A stretch of 64,000 nt of DNA from Alphaproteobacteria bacterium (GTDB taxonomy: Bacteria; Pseudomonadota; Alphaproteobacteria; MPNO01), in NCBI GenBank assembly GCA_965248835.1, contig CBDFLJ010000001.1:128001-192000 (forward strand), in the 5' to 3' direction. Shown here piece after piece: positions 47,880 through 57,740 of this stretch (positions are counted from its first letter, which is position 1; each line of letters begins with the position of its first letter). The notes beneath the pieces were generated by a model that saw only the letters and a list, made by a program, of their open reading frames with translations, had not been told where the DNA came from and did no database searches. The translations under genes were made by a program, and so were the position numbers.

Positions 47880-48908
47880 TCAGCCGACCCGCCGGTACCG
47901 GGTCTTGCCGTCGGCCTCGTCGGTGATCTTTTCCAGCGCGCCCTCGGTCACCAGGTAGTTCAGGTGCGACAGCGCCTCGCCCATCGCGAAGCCGATCTGG
48001 TGGCTGTCCAGCTCGCGGTGAAACAGCACCGGGATCAGCTCGATCGCCGTGCGGGGCTCGGAGCAGAAGTCCAGCGCGGCATCGAGCCGCTCCCGGTGGT
48101 GCTCGGTGAGATAGTCGAGCCGGTCGTGCAGGCCGTAGAACGGCCGGTTATGCGAGGGCAGCACGAACGTGTCGGCGGCCAGCGGGCGCATCGGCTCGAA
48201 GCTCTCCAGGAACTGACGCAGCGGATCGCCGTTGGGCTCGGAGAACCAGACGCTGATGTTGGTGGTGATCCTGGGCAGCACCTGATCGCCGGAGATCAGC
48301 ACCGCGATCTCCGGGCAGTAGAGCGCGGCGTGCTCGGGCGAATGGCCGCCCCCGATGATCACCTGCCATTTGCGGCCGCCGATATCGATCTCCATGCCGT
48401 TCCAGATCCGCTTGACCCGGCGCGGCACCGGTGCGGTCCAGCGTCCGAAATTCTTCACCCCGGCGCGATAGGCATCCACGCTCGGCCGGTCGAGCCCGTT
48501 GGCGATGAAAAACGCCATCCAGTCGTCGACGTCGTGCGTGACATCCTGGGTCCAGGCGAGATGCGATTGCAGCCATTCGCCGTAGGTCATCCAGAGCTCG
48601 GTGCCGAATTTGTCGGCGAGCCAGCCGGCGAGCCCCAGATGGTCGGGGTGGAAGTGGGTGACGATCGCGCGCTTGAGCGGCTTGCCGCCCATCGGCCCCT
48701 GCATGACACCGACCCAGTGCGACCTGACATCATCGCCGTTCCAGCCGGTGTCGACCACCGTCCAGCCGTCGCCGTCTTCCAACAGGTAGAGATTGATGTG
48801 ATCGAGCGCGAACGGCAGCGGCATCTTCAGCCACCAGATCCCGGGCGCGACCTGCAAGGTCTGGCCGTATTCCAGGTCTTCGTGGGGATAGCGCGGCTGG
48901 TTGGTCAT
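47880..48908 (-). CDS. MBL-fold metallo-hydrolase
   Basis: PLPFALDHIN, THFHPDHLG, GHSPEH, SGDQVLP, LPSH. Confidence 0.92.
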   Translation of the reverse strand: MTNQPRYPHEDLEYGQTLQVAPGIWWLKMPLPFALDHINLYLLEDGDGWTVVDTGWNGDDVRSHWVGVMQGPMGGKPLKRAIVTHFHPDHLGLAGWLADKFGTELWMTYGEWLQSHLAWTQDVTHDVDDWMAFFIANGLDRPSVDAYRAGVKNFGRWTAPVPRRVKRIWNGMEIDIGGRKWQVIIGGGHSPEHAALYCPEIAVLISGDQVLPRITTNISVWFSEPNGDPLRQFLESFEPMRPLAADTFVLPSHNRPFYGLHDRLDYLTEHHRERLDAALDFCSEPRTAIELIPVLFHRELDSHQIGFAMGEALSHLNYLVTEGALEKITDEADGKTRYRRVG

Positions 48909-49114
48909 CACTGTCACTCCGGGGCGCGTTGCGGAGCCGAAATCCGGGCTGCCAGCGCCCTTGATCGTCATCGCGTCGGTCCCGGGGAGGCGCGCGGACC
49001 CTATCAGCGTGACCCGGTTGCAGCAACCGCCCGGACCGGTGTCTTGTGGTCGCCGACCGGCATCCCCTAGACTGTCTCCGCCGGCCCCGATCGGGGACCC
49101 AGGGAGGCCATCGC

Positions 49115-49507
49115 ATGCGCCAGGAGATCCATATCCCGAGCCTCGGTCCGGCGATCAGCCACTATACCGAGGCGGTCCGGTTCGGCGATCTGCTCTATGT
49201 CTCGGGCCTGGTGTCCTGCGACAGCGAGGGCAAGGTGGTCGCCCCCAACGATGCGGTCGGCCAGACACGGCAGATCTTCAAGATCATGAAGGTGATCCTG
49301 GACGAGGTCGGCGCCGGGTTCGAGGACGTGCTCAAGCTGAACCTGTTCCTGACCGATATCAACGACCGGCCGCGGATCAATCCGATCCGCCAGGAGGTCT
49401 TCGGCGATGCCAGGCCCGCCAGCACCCTGGTGCAGGTCGCCGCCCTGGTCTATCCCGAGCTCTGCATCGAGATCGAGTCCGTCGTCGGCATTCCCTCCAA
49501 AAGCTGA
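49115..49507 (+). CDS. RidA/YjgF-family protein
   Basis: SHYTEAV..GDLLYVSG, PASTLVQVAAL..PELCIEIE. Confidence 0.9.
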   Translation: MRQEIHIPSLGPAISHYTEAVRFGDLLYVSGLVSCDSEGKVVAPNDAVGQTRQIFKIMKVILDEVGAGFEDVLKLNLFLTDINDRPRINPIRQEVFGDARPASTLVQVAALVYPELCIEIESVVGIPSKS

Positions 49508-49520
49508 GAAAGGTGAGCTT

Positions 49521-50729
49521 ATGGATACGATCGAGCCCCGCCGCGAGACGCACACGCTCGAGGAGCTCGTGCGCAACTCCGGCACTCGCGACATCCTGGC
49601 CCATGCGGTCCGCCAGGCGCAAGCGCGCAACTTCGACGATTACCTGATCATCGATGTCGATGCGCACCACTTCGAGACCCAGTCCTGGCCGGAGATCGTC
49701 CAATACATCCCCGACCCGGTGGTCCGCGACATCGCGTCGAACTTCCGCACCGCCCAAGGCGATATCCAGCCCGGCATCATCCAATCGAGCGGCTGGCCGC
49801 TGCACCAGAACGTCGGCGGGCGCATCCCGCACGACCCGGGCATGCTGGAGCCGGGCGAGCCCGGCGAGCACCGCGACGTCAGCCTGATCCGCCGGGCGAT
49901 CGAGAGCTTCGGGATCGACTACCAGGTCACGTTTCCCACCCCGATGCTGGCGCTCGGGCTGCATCCCGAGCTCGATGTCGAGATCGCGCTGGCGCGCGGC
50001 TACAACCACTGGGTCACCGAACAGCTGCTCTCGGCCGATGAGCGCATCAAGACGCTCCTGTACCTGCCGTTCAACGACCCTCCGGCGTGCGAGGAGATGG
50101 TCGAGCGCTTCGGTGAGACCAAGGGCGTGGTCGGGTTCATGGTCACCTCGGTGCGCTACCGGCCGGTTCACCACAACGCCTACATGCGGCTCTACCGGAT
50201 GATCGAGGAGCGCGGGCTCGCGCTCGGCTTCCATGCCGGGCCTAACTGGGGCGGCGACGGCTATGTCCGCCAGCTCAACCGGTTCCTGACCATGCATGCG
50301 ATCTCGTTCTCGCTGTGCAACATGGTTCATCTGGCCAACTGGGTGATGAACGGGCTGTGCGAGCGCTTCCCCGACCTGCCGGTGGTCTGGATCGAAAGCG
50401 GCATCGCCTGGCTCGCCTTCATGATGCCCAGGCTGGACAACGAATATCTGATGCGGTCCTCCGAAGCGCCGGCGCTGAAACGGCTGCCGAGCGCGTATAT
50501 CGGCGAGATGTACTACACCTCCCAGCCGCTGGAGCGCACCAACATGAAGCTGCTCGAGGCGACGTTCGACGCGTTCAACGCGCCGACCCAGCTCATGTAC
50601 GCCTCGGACTGGCCGCACTGGGATTTCGATGCGCCGAGCGTGATCTACGACCTGCCCTTCCTCGACGAGCAGGCCAAGCGCAACATTCTCGGGCTCAACG
50701 CCAAGCGGGTCTTCGGGATCGATACCTGA
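49521..50729 (+). CDS. Amidohydrolase-2 fold protein; candidate dinuclear oxygenase (PtmU3/AibH-like)
   Basis: IIDVDAHH, FPTPML, ARGYNHW, GFHAG, WIESGIAW, ASDWPHWDFD. Confidence 0.8.
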   Translation: MDTIEPRRETHTLEELVRNSGTRDILAHAVRQAQARNFDDYLIIDVDAHHFETQSWPEIVQYIPDPVVRDIASNFRTAQGDIQPGIIQSSGWPLHQNVGGRIPHDPGMLEPGEPGEHRDVSLIRRAIESFGIDYQVTFPTPMLALGLHPELDVEIALARGYNHWVTEQLLSADERIKTLLYLPFNDPPACEEMVERFGETKGVVGFMVTSVRYRPVHHNAYMRLYRMIEERGLALGFHAGPNWGGDGYVRQLNRFLTMHAISFSLCNMVHLANWVMNGLCERFPDLPVVWIESGIAWLAFMMPRLDNEYLMRSSEAPALKRLPSAYIGEMYYTSQPLERTNMKLLEATFDAFNAPTQLMYASDWPHWDFDAPSVIYDLPFLDEQAKRNILGLNAKRVFGIDT

Positions 50730-50730
50730 A

Positions 50731-51951
50731 ATGACCGATGCCCGTGCGCGGGCCCGGGATTTCGACCTGGGCCGGCTCACGGCCGCGTTCCTGGAGGACC
50801 CCTACCCGACCTACCACGCGCTTCGCGCACACGACCCGGTGCACCGGATGGCGGACGGTTCGGTCTTCCTGACCCGCTATGCCGACATCGTGGATGTCTA
50901 CCACGACGCCGAGCGGTTCTCGTCCGACAAGCGGATCGACTTCAAGCCGACCATGGGCGATACCGCGCTCTACGAGCACCACACGACCAGCCTGGTGTTC
51001 AACGATGCGCCCTACCACACCCGCGTGCGCAAGCGGCTTTCGCCGGCGTTTACCCCGCGCGCGCTGCATGCGCTGCGCTCCCGGGTCGAGGCCCTGGTCG
51101 ATGCAATGCTCGACCGGATCGAGGACGCGGGTTCGTTCGACCTGATCGAGGACCTCGCCTCCGCCCTTCCCGTCGAGTTGATCGGCGACATGCTGGGAGT
51201 GCCCAGGGAGGAGCGGGGGCCGCTGCGCGGCTGGTCGGTCGCCATCCTGAGCGGGCTCGAGCCGGTGCTGAGCGACGACCAGCGCGCGCGCGGGGCGGCC
51301 GCGGTCGAGGATTTCAAGGACTACCTGCGGGACCTGATCGCGCGGCGCACCAAAGGCTCCCGGTCCGGGGACGAGGCCGAGGTGCTGTCCAAGCTCATCG
51401 GCCCGGACGAGGACGGCGCGGCGTTGTCCGAACTCGAGCTGCTGCACAACTGCATATTTCTGCTGAACGCCGGGCACGAGACGACGACCAACCTGATCGG
51501 CAACGGCATCGAGGCGCTGATGCGCTTCCCCGACGAATACCGGCGGCTGCGTGCGGACCCGGGCCTGATCGTGTCCGCGGTCGAGGAGTTACTGCGCTTC
51601 GAAAGCTCCAACCAGATCGGCAACCGTCGGCTCGCGGTCGCGGCCACGCTGGGAGGCGTGGCGTTGGAGGCCGGCACCTACATCCATATCGGCATCGGCG
51701 CCGCCAACCGCGATCCGGCCGCGTTCCCCGATCCCGACCGGCTCGACATCGGCCGCGAGCCCAACCGACACCTCGCCTTCGGCGCGGGCGTGCATGCCTG
51801 TGCCGGGCTTTCGCTGGCACGGATGGAGGGCCGGGTCGCTATCGGCAAGCTGGTCGCCCGCTTCCCGGGCCTGCGCCTGGATGGGACGCCGGTACGCGGT
51901 GGCCGCGCGCGATTCCGCGGCTTCACCGCCTTGCCGGTTGCGATACGATAG
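50731..51951 (+). CDS. Cytochrome P450
   Basis: AGHETT (I helix), EELLR (ExxR), HLAFGAGVHACAG (heme Cys). Confidence 0.95.
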   Translation: MTDARARARDFDLGRLTAAFLEDPYPTYHALRAHDPVHRMADGSVFLTRYADIVDVYHDAERFSSDKRIDFKPTMGDTALYEHHTTSLVFNDAPYHTRVRKRLSPAFTPRALHALRSRVEALVDAMLDRIEDAGSFDLIEDLASALPVELIGDMLGVPREERGPLRGWSVAILSGLEPVLSDDQRARGAAAVEDFKDYLRDLIARRTKGSRSGDEAEVLSKLIGPDEDGAALSELELLHNCIFLLNAGHETTTNLIGNGIEALMRFPDEYRRLRADPGLIVSAVEELLRFESSNQIGNRRLAVAATLGGVALEAGTYIHIGIGAANRDPAAFPDPDRLDIGREPNRHLAFGAGVHACAGLSLARMEGRVAIGKLVARFPGLRLDGTPVRGGRARFRGFTALPVAIR

Positions 51952-51976
51952 GCCGCAGATCAACGGGAGACCGCAC

Positions 51977-54286
51977 ATGCCGGACGGCAGCCGCAGGAGA
52001 TTGGGAACCAGCCATTGGGGCGCGTTTACCGCCGAGGTGAGCGAGGGCCGGCTGGTCGGCGTCACCCCGTTCGCGCATGACCCCCACCCGGCGCCGCTGC
52101 TGCAGACCTTGCCGAGCGCGGTCCACGCCGCGTGCCGGATCGAACAGCCGATGGTCCGCAAGGGCTGGCTCGACGCCGGGCCGGGCGGCAGCGGCGCGGC
52201 GCGCGGCACCGATCCGTTCGTCGCCGTCGGCTGGGACGAGGCGCTGGGACTGGTCGCCGATGAGTTGACCCGCGTGAAGGAGTCTTATGGCAACGAGGCG
52301 ATCTATGCCAGTTCCGGCTGGGGCAGCGCCGGCAGCTTCCACCATGCCCGCAGCCAGCTTTCGCGCTTTCTCAACCTGTTCGGCGGCTTCGTCGATCAGG
52401 TGACCAACTACAGCTTCGGCGCGGCGATGGTGATCGTGCCGCGCATCGTCGGCTCACTGTCCCCGGTCGTCGGCCCGGTCAATTCCTGGCCGACCATCGT
52501 CGAGAACACCGAGCTCATGGTGCTGTTCGGCGGCATGGCGCCAAAGAACAGCCAGGTCAACCAGAACGGGGTCGGCGTCCACGACCTTGCGGACTGGCAC
52601 GCCAAGGCGCATGCGGCCGGGACGCGCTATGTCTGCATCAGCCCGATGCGCGATGACACCGCCACCGCTCTGGACGCCGAGTGGATCCCGATCCGGCCCA
52701 ACACCGATGCCGCTCTGATGCTCGGACTGGCCCATACGCTGCTCGCCGAGGACCTGCACGACACGGCGTTTCTCGAACGCTGCTGCACCGGCTTCGAGCG
52801 GTTCGAGGCCTATCTGAGCGGGGCGGCCGATGGCCAGCCGAAGGATGCCGACTGGGCGGCCGCGATCACCGAGGTGCCGGCCGAGACCATCCGCGGCCTG
52901 GCCCGGCGCATGGCCGCTGCGCGCACCCTGATCGGGGTGGCCTGGTCGATCCAGCGTGCCGATCATGGCGAGCAGCCCTACTGGATGACCGTCACCCTGG
53001 CCGCGATGCTGGGCCAGATCGGCTTGCCCGGCGGCGGGTTCGGCTTCGGCTACGGTGCGATGCACGGCATCGGCGGCGCCCGCCACCCGGTCGCGCCGCC
53101 CAGCCTGCCCAAGGGTGCGAACGCGGTGGAAAGCTGGATCCCGGTCGCGCGGCATGCCGACATGCTGCTCGATCCCGGCGGGTCTTACAGCTTCAACGGC
53201 GCGCTGCGGACCTACCCCGACATCCGGCTGGTCTACTGGTGCGGCGGCAACCCGTTCCACAAGCAACAGGACCTCAACCGGCTGCTGCGCGGCTGGGCCA
53301 AGCCCGAGACCATCATCATCCACGAGCCATGGTGGACGCCCGCTGCGCGGCGCGCCGACATCGTGCTGCCCTGCACCACGACGCTCGAGCGCAACGACAT
53401 CGCGGCATCGGACTTCGACAGGTTCCTGTTCGCCAGCCAGCAGGCGATCGCGCCGCTGGGCGAGGCGCGCAACGAATACGAGATCTATTCCGACCTTGCC
53501 GGACGGCTGGGCTTCCGCGAGGCGTTCACCGAGGGCCGGAGCGAGATGGACTGGCTGCGCCACCTCTACGACATCTTTCGACAGCGCGCCTCGGGCGTCG
53601 GCGTCGAGATGCCGAGCTTCGAGGGGTTCTGGGAGACAGGCTTCGTCGAACTGCCGGCGCCGGAAGACCCGCCGATCCCGTTTGCCGGTTTCCGCGACGA
53701 CCCGGACGCGGCGCCGCTCAAGACCCCTTCGGGAAAAATCGAGATCTATTCCGAGACCATCGCCGGGTTCGGCTACGACGACTGCCCCGGCCACCCGGTC
53801 TGGCTCGAACCGGCCGAGTGGCTGGGCGGCGCGGCCGCCGAACGCCACCGGCTGCACATGATCTCCAACCAGCCGCGCGCGCGGCTGCACAGCCAGCTCG
53901 ATTGCGGCGATGTCAGCCGCGCGGCCAAGGTCGCCGGACGCGAGGCGCTGCGGATCAACCCCGACGATGCCGCCGCGCGCTGCATCGCCGACGGCGATGT
54001 CGTGCGCGTGTTCAACGACCGCGGCCAATGTCTGGCGGGCGCGGTCGTCACCGATGCGCTGCGCCCCGGAGTCATCGAGCTCGCCACCGGTGCCTGGTAC
54101 GACCCGCTGGACGCGTCCGAGCCCGGCAGCCTGGACAAGCACGGCAACCCCAACGTCTTGACGCTGGACAAGCCGACATCGCAGCTCTCCCAATGCAGCG
54201 CCGCTCAGACCGCGCTCGTCGAGGTCGAGCGTTACGACGGCACCGTGCCGGAGATCACCGCCTACGACCCGCCGGCGATCCTCTGA
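51977..54286 (+). CDS. Cytoplasmic Mo-bisPGD S/N-oxide reductase (BisC/TorA/DMSO reductase family)
   Basis: SHWGAF, PMVRKGWL, GWGSAG, NYSFGAA (Ser ligand), RLHSQLD, HGNPNVLTLD; no Tat signal visible. Confidence 0.9.
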   Translation: MPDGSRRRLGTSHWGAFTAEVSEGRLVGVTPFAHDPHPAPLLQTLPSAVHAACRIEQPMVRKGWLDAGPGGSGAARGTDPFVAVGWDEALGLVADELTRVKESYGNEAIYASSGWGSAGSFHHARSQLSRFLNLFGGFVDQVTNYSFGAAMVIVPRIVGSLSPVVGPVNSWPTIVENTELMVLFGGMAPKNSQVNQNGVGVHDLADWHAKAHAAGTRYVCISPMRDDTATALDAEWIPIRPNTDAALMLGLAHTLLAEDLHDTAFLERCCTGFERFEAYLSGAADGQPKDADWAAAITEVPAETIRGLARRMAAARTLIGVAWSIQRADHGEQPYWMTVTLAAMLGQIGLPGGGFGFGYGAMHGIGGARHPVAPPSLPKGANAVESWIPVARHADMLLDPGGSYSFNGALRTYPDIRLVYWCGGNPFHKQQDLNRLLRGWAKPETIIIHEPWWTPAARRADIVLPCTTTLERNDIAASDFDRFLFASQQAIAPLGEARNEYEIYSDLAGRLGFREAFTEGRSEMDWLRHLYDIFRQRASGVGVEMPSFEGFWETGFVELPAPEDPPIPFAGFRDDPDAAPLKTPSGKIEIYSETIAGFGYDDCPGHPVWLEPAEWLGGAAAERHRLHMISNQPRARLHSQLDCGDVSRAAKVAGREALRINPDDAAARCIADGDVVRVFNDRGQCLAGAVVTDALRPGVIELATGAWYDPLDASEPGSLDKHGNPNVLTLDKPTSQLSQCSAAQTALVEVERYDGTVPEITAYDPPAIL

Positions 54287-54292
54287 GATCGC

Positions 54293-54877
54293 GTGCGCGT
54301 CCTGCTGGTCTTCGCCCACCCGCTGGGCGACAGCCTGAACGGGGCGATTCGCGACCGGGCGGTCGCCGCGCTCGAGCGGAACGGGCACGAGGTCGATCTG
54401 TTCGATCTCTATGCCGAGGGGTTCGAGGCCGTGCTGAGCGCGGCCGAGCGCCGGGCCTATTTTGATGTGGCGGCGAACCGCGCGCGCAACGCGGCTTCCA
54501 TCGAGCGCCTGTTCGCCGCCCAGGGGCTGGTCTTCGTGTTCCCGACCTGGACGCTCGGCCCGCCGGCGATCCTGAAGGGCTTCTTCGACCGGGTGATGGT
54601 GCCGGGCGTGTCGTTCCGGCTGGACGAGCACGGCGCGCTGCACCCCAATCTCGGCCATATCACACGGCTTGCCGCGATCGTCACCTACGGCCGGGCGCGG
54701 CCGGTCCTGTGGTGGTTCGGCGACCCGCCGCGCAAGATGTTCACCCGCTATATGCGCTGGTTCCTCGCCCGCGGCGCGCGGGTGCGCTATCTCGGCCTCT
54801 ACGGCCTGCACCGTCCACGCGGCGACAGGATCGAGCGCTTTTTCCATCGCATCGAGCGCGAGATGGCGCGGTTCTGA
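54293..54877 (+). CDS. Flavodoxin-like NAD(P)H-dependent oxidoreductase
   Basis: LVFAHP..S, DLYAEGF, FPTW..PAILKGFFDRV. Confidence 0.9.
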   Translation: MRVLLVFAHPLGDSLNGAIRDRAVAALERNGHEVDLFDLYAEGFEAVLSAAERRAYFDVAANRARNAASIERLFAAQGLVFVFPTWTLGPPAILKGFFDRVMVPGVSFRLDEHGALHPNLGHITRLAAIVTYGRARPVLWWFGDPPRKMFTRYMRWFLARGARVRYLGLYGLHRPRGDRIERFFHRIEREMARF

Positions 54878-54946
54878 GCGCCTGCGGCCGGCAGTGGTTC
54901 ACGCGCGCGGCGACAACCGGCTCCGGCGGCGCTCCAAGCCGGGCGT

Positions 54947-55525
54947 TCAGATCCGGGTCGAAAGCCAGATCGCCAGCCGGGAGCCCGCCTTGATGCCTCC
55001 GGTCAGGAGTTCGTAGGCCGGGGCGTGACGGGCCTCGTGCTCCAGTGCCGCCTCGCGGTGGGCGATCTCGTCGGCGCGGAAGGACTCGATGGTCGCGCGC
55101 AGTTCGGACTCGTCCTCGCCGAGCTGCGCGGCCTGTTCGGCGTAGTGCTCCTCGATCACGTCCTCGACGGCGAGCGTGCAGGCCATGGCCGCACGCTCGC
55201 CCATCAACCCGGTCACCGCGCCCAGCGCGTAGCCGGCCAGGTGCCACAGCGGCATCAGCGCCGTCGGGCGCACGCCGCGCTCGCTGACAAGCCGGTCGAA
55301 GGTCGCCAGATGCTCGGCCTCCTTGGCGGCCATCTCGGCCACCGCATCGGCCGCCGGGCCGTCGCCCAGGACCGCGCGCTGGCCGGCATAGATCCGGACC
55401 GCGCCGTACTCGCCGGCATGGTCGACCCGGATCATCCGCGCCAGGATTTCCTGCCGCGACGGATCGCCGGGCAGCCGGTCTTCGGCCGTCTCCTTCGGAC
55501 CCGCCCGGTCGCGATCGGTCATCAA
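54947..55525 (-). CDS. coq7: Demethoxyubiquinone hydroxylase
   Basis: IRVDHAGEYGAVRIYAGQ, EAEH, AVEDVIEEHY, DEIAH. Confidence 0.93.
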   Translation of the reverse strand: MMTDRDRAGPKETAEDRLPGDPSRQEILARMIRVDHAGEYGAVRIYAGQRAVLGDGPAADAVAEMAAKEAEHLATFDRLVSERGVRPTALMPLWHLAGYALGAVTGLMGERAAMACTLAVEDVIEEHYAEQAAQLGEDESELRATIESFRADEIAHREAALEHEARHAPAYELLTGGIKAGSRLAIWLSTRI

Positions 55526-56028
55526 GCCGTCCGCCCCCTTCTCGATGCCGCTATCGCGCTGGCGACGGCGAGCGCGGCCGAAACGATGAAATTGTAGCCG
55601 GCGAGAGAGATCCCGAACATCGACCAGGGGATCTCATCGCAGCGCACGACCGGGGCGGCCTCCAGGAGCCGCTTCAGCTCCTCGATCGACCGGGCATCGA
55701 TGCCGACGCCCGAGCACGTCGCGGGGCCGGCGAACCAGCCCTGCTCGACGCCGGCGTGGTAGAAGGCGATCCCCGCGCCTACCGCGAAGGCGGCCGCGCA
55801 GAGGCCGGTGAGCCGCCGCCGCGCCGACCGGCCGCGCAGCGCCACCAGCCCGGCCAGCGACAAGGCGATTGCGACCGCATAGGGCCAACGCTGGTAGAGG
55901 CAGAGCTCGCACGGCGCGAGCCCGCCCCAGTACTGCGCGGCAAGCGCGGTGCCGAGGACGGCGATGCTGGCCGCCAGGATGGCGGCCGGCGCGTTTGCGG
56001 CATCAAGCAACGGCGTTCGGGCTCTCAC
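55522..56028 (-). CDS. dsbB: Disulfide bond formation protein B
   Basis: LAPCELCLYQRWPY, YHAGVEQ..GPATC, VRCD..W. Confidence 0.9.
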   Translation of the reverse strand: MRARTPLLDAANAPAAILAASIAVLGTALAAQYWGGLAPCELCLYQRWPYAVAIALSLAGLVALRGRSARRRLTGLCAAAFAVGAGIAFYHAGVEQGWFAGPATCSGVGIDARSIEELKRLLEAAPVVRCDEIPWSMFGISLAGYNFIVSAALAVASAIAASRRGRTA

Positions 56029-56606
56029 ATCCCATATTTGGCAACCGCGAAGCCGCCGAGCAAGAGCGCGCAGAAGGCGATCGCCACCATGCCGAGGCGC
56101 TTTTCGATGAACCTGCGGATCGGCGGGCCGATCCAATAGAGCAGCCCCGCGACCAGGAAGAAGCGCAAGCCGCGGGCGGCGATCGAGGCGAAGGTGAAGA
56201 CCACCGGGTCGAGCCCGGTGGTCCCGCTCAGGATGGTGATCACCTTGTAGGGGAAGGGGGTGAGGCCGGCGATGAACACCGCCCAGGCGCCCCATTCGTT
56301 ATAGCTGGCGCGGAACTGGGCGAACTTCGCGGCATGGCCGTAGAATTCCAGCACCGGCCGGCCCGCGGTCTCGAACAGGAAGGAGCCGATGGCATAGCCG
56401 AGGAGCCCGCCCAGCACCGAGGCGATGGTGCAGATGGCCGCGAACCGCCAGGCGCGGTCGCGCGCGGCCAGTACCATCGGGATCAGGAGCACGTCCGGCG
56501 GGACCGGAAAGACCGAGCTCTCGATGAAGGCGACCGCCGCCAGCACCCAGACCGCATCGCGGCGCGCGGACAGGTCGATGACCCGGTCGTAAAGGCGCTT
56601 CAGCAC
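56025..56606 (-). CDS. YqaA/DedA-family membrane protein
   Basis: AFIESSVFPVPPD, AGLTPFPYKV. Confidence 0.9.
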   Translation of the reverse strand: MLKRLYDRVIDLSARRDAVWVLAAVAFIESSVFPVPPDVLLIPMVLAARDRAWRFAAICTIASVLGGLLGYAIGSFLFETAGRPVLEFYGHAAKFAQFRASYNEWGAWAVFIAGLTPFPYKVITILSGTTGLDPVVFTFASIAARGLRFFLVAGLLYWIGPPIRRFIEKRLGMVAIAFCALLLGGFAVAKYGM

Positions 56607-56667
56607 GTCTGCAGGCTCCCGGCGCGTGGCTGACAGTCCTACGCCGCAGCCAACGGCGCCAAAAGCC

Positions 56668-57600
56668 TTAATTTTTCGATGACAGCGGTCTTGTCTGGCC
56701 GATCGCCCGGTCGAGCGTCTCGCGGAACCGCGCCAGGCTCGCCGGGGCGTGGAGGCGGCCGATGTCGATCGGCCGGCCGGCGGGGTGTGTCCTCGGCATC
56801 GAGTTGGCGCAGCGGTCGACCCACAGGACCGTGCGGTAGCCCCGCAGGCCGAGCACATGGTCGAGGCGGCCGGCGAGCGTGCTGTCGAACTCGCCGAACG
56901 GGACGGCAAAATCCCTCGGGACCACGCCGAGCTCGGCCGCGAAAGCAGCCTCGGCGGCATCGATCTCGGCGGTGATCGCCGCAATGTCCATCAGATCCAT
57001 CCGGCGATGGGTGGCGCCGTGATTGACCAGCCCGATGCCGGGCTTGCCGGTGTACTCGGCGCGCAACGCCTCCCAGGACAGATAGGCCTTGCCGGCGCGC
57101 AGCTCCGCCGCCGCAGCGCCGGTTTGCGCGAACAGCGGGTCGATCAGCCTGGTCTCGATTTCCTCGGGGATACGGTCCCGGGCCTTGGTGAACCGGTAGA
57201 AGCTCTCCTGCTGGGGACCGAAGGCGGCCTCGACCGCCGCGGCGATCGAATCGGGCGCCAGCCGGTCGATGATCCAGTTGACCTTGTCGCGGACCCCGAA
57301 CCCCTGCGTGGTGATCCCGGTGGCGGGGCAGACGTGGAACGGGATCCGCTGGTCCAGGAGCCACCGGCGGACGGCGGCGACGCTTGCGGAGACGTCATCG
57401 AAGGTGAGCAGGAACGACACGCCGTCCGGCAATCGTCCAGCGGACACGTCGTCCAGGCTGACGAACGGCCCGCGGGCAAGGGCATGGGCGATCTGCGCCT
57501 CGAACACGCCGCGTCCGACGGTATGGGCGCGATGGAGGGGATTCGCCGGGTCGCGCCCGCCGATCCGGTGATAGTTGAGCCCGACGAGGATCGACGCCAT
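56668..57600 (-). CDS. Polysaccharide deacetylase family protein
   Basis: NYHRI, LTFDD, NHGATH, FAVPFG. Confidence 0.82.
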   Translation of the reverse strand: MASILVGLNYHRIGGRDPANPLHRAHTVGRGVFEAQIAHALARGPFVSLDDVSAGRLPDGVSFLLTFDDVSASVAAVRRWLLDQRIPFHVCPATGITTQGFGVRDKVNWIIDRLAPDSIAAAVEAAFGPQQESFYRFTKARDRIPEEIETRLIDPLFAQTGAAAAELRAGKAYLSWEALRAEYTGKPGIGLVNHGATHRRMDLMDIAAITAEIDAAEAAFAAELGVVPRDFAVPFGEFDSTLAGRLDHVLGLRGYRTVLWVDRCANSMPRTHPAGRPIDIGRLHAPASLARFRETLDRAIGQTRPLSSKN

Positions 57601-57740
57601 TGCCGGACTATACCAAACCCGCCGGCATTGTTGAGCATCCTGCCGCCGCAACCAATCAAACTCCTGAAAACAAATGCGTCTTCGGGGGTTTCTTATGTCC
57701 TGTCCAAACCCCGTCCGTAAGACGCAAGCATTCCGTAAGC

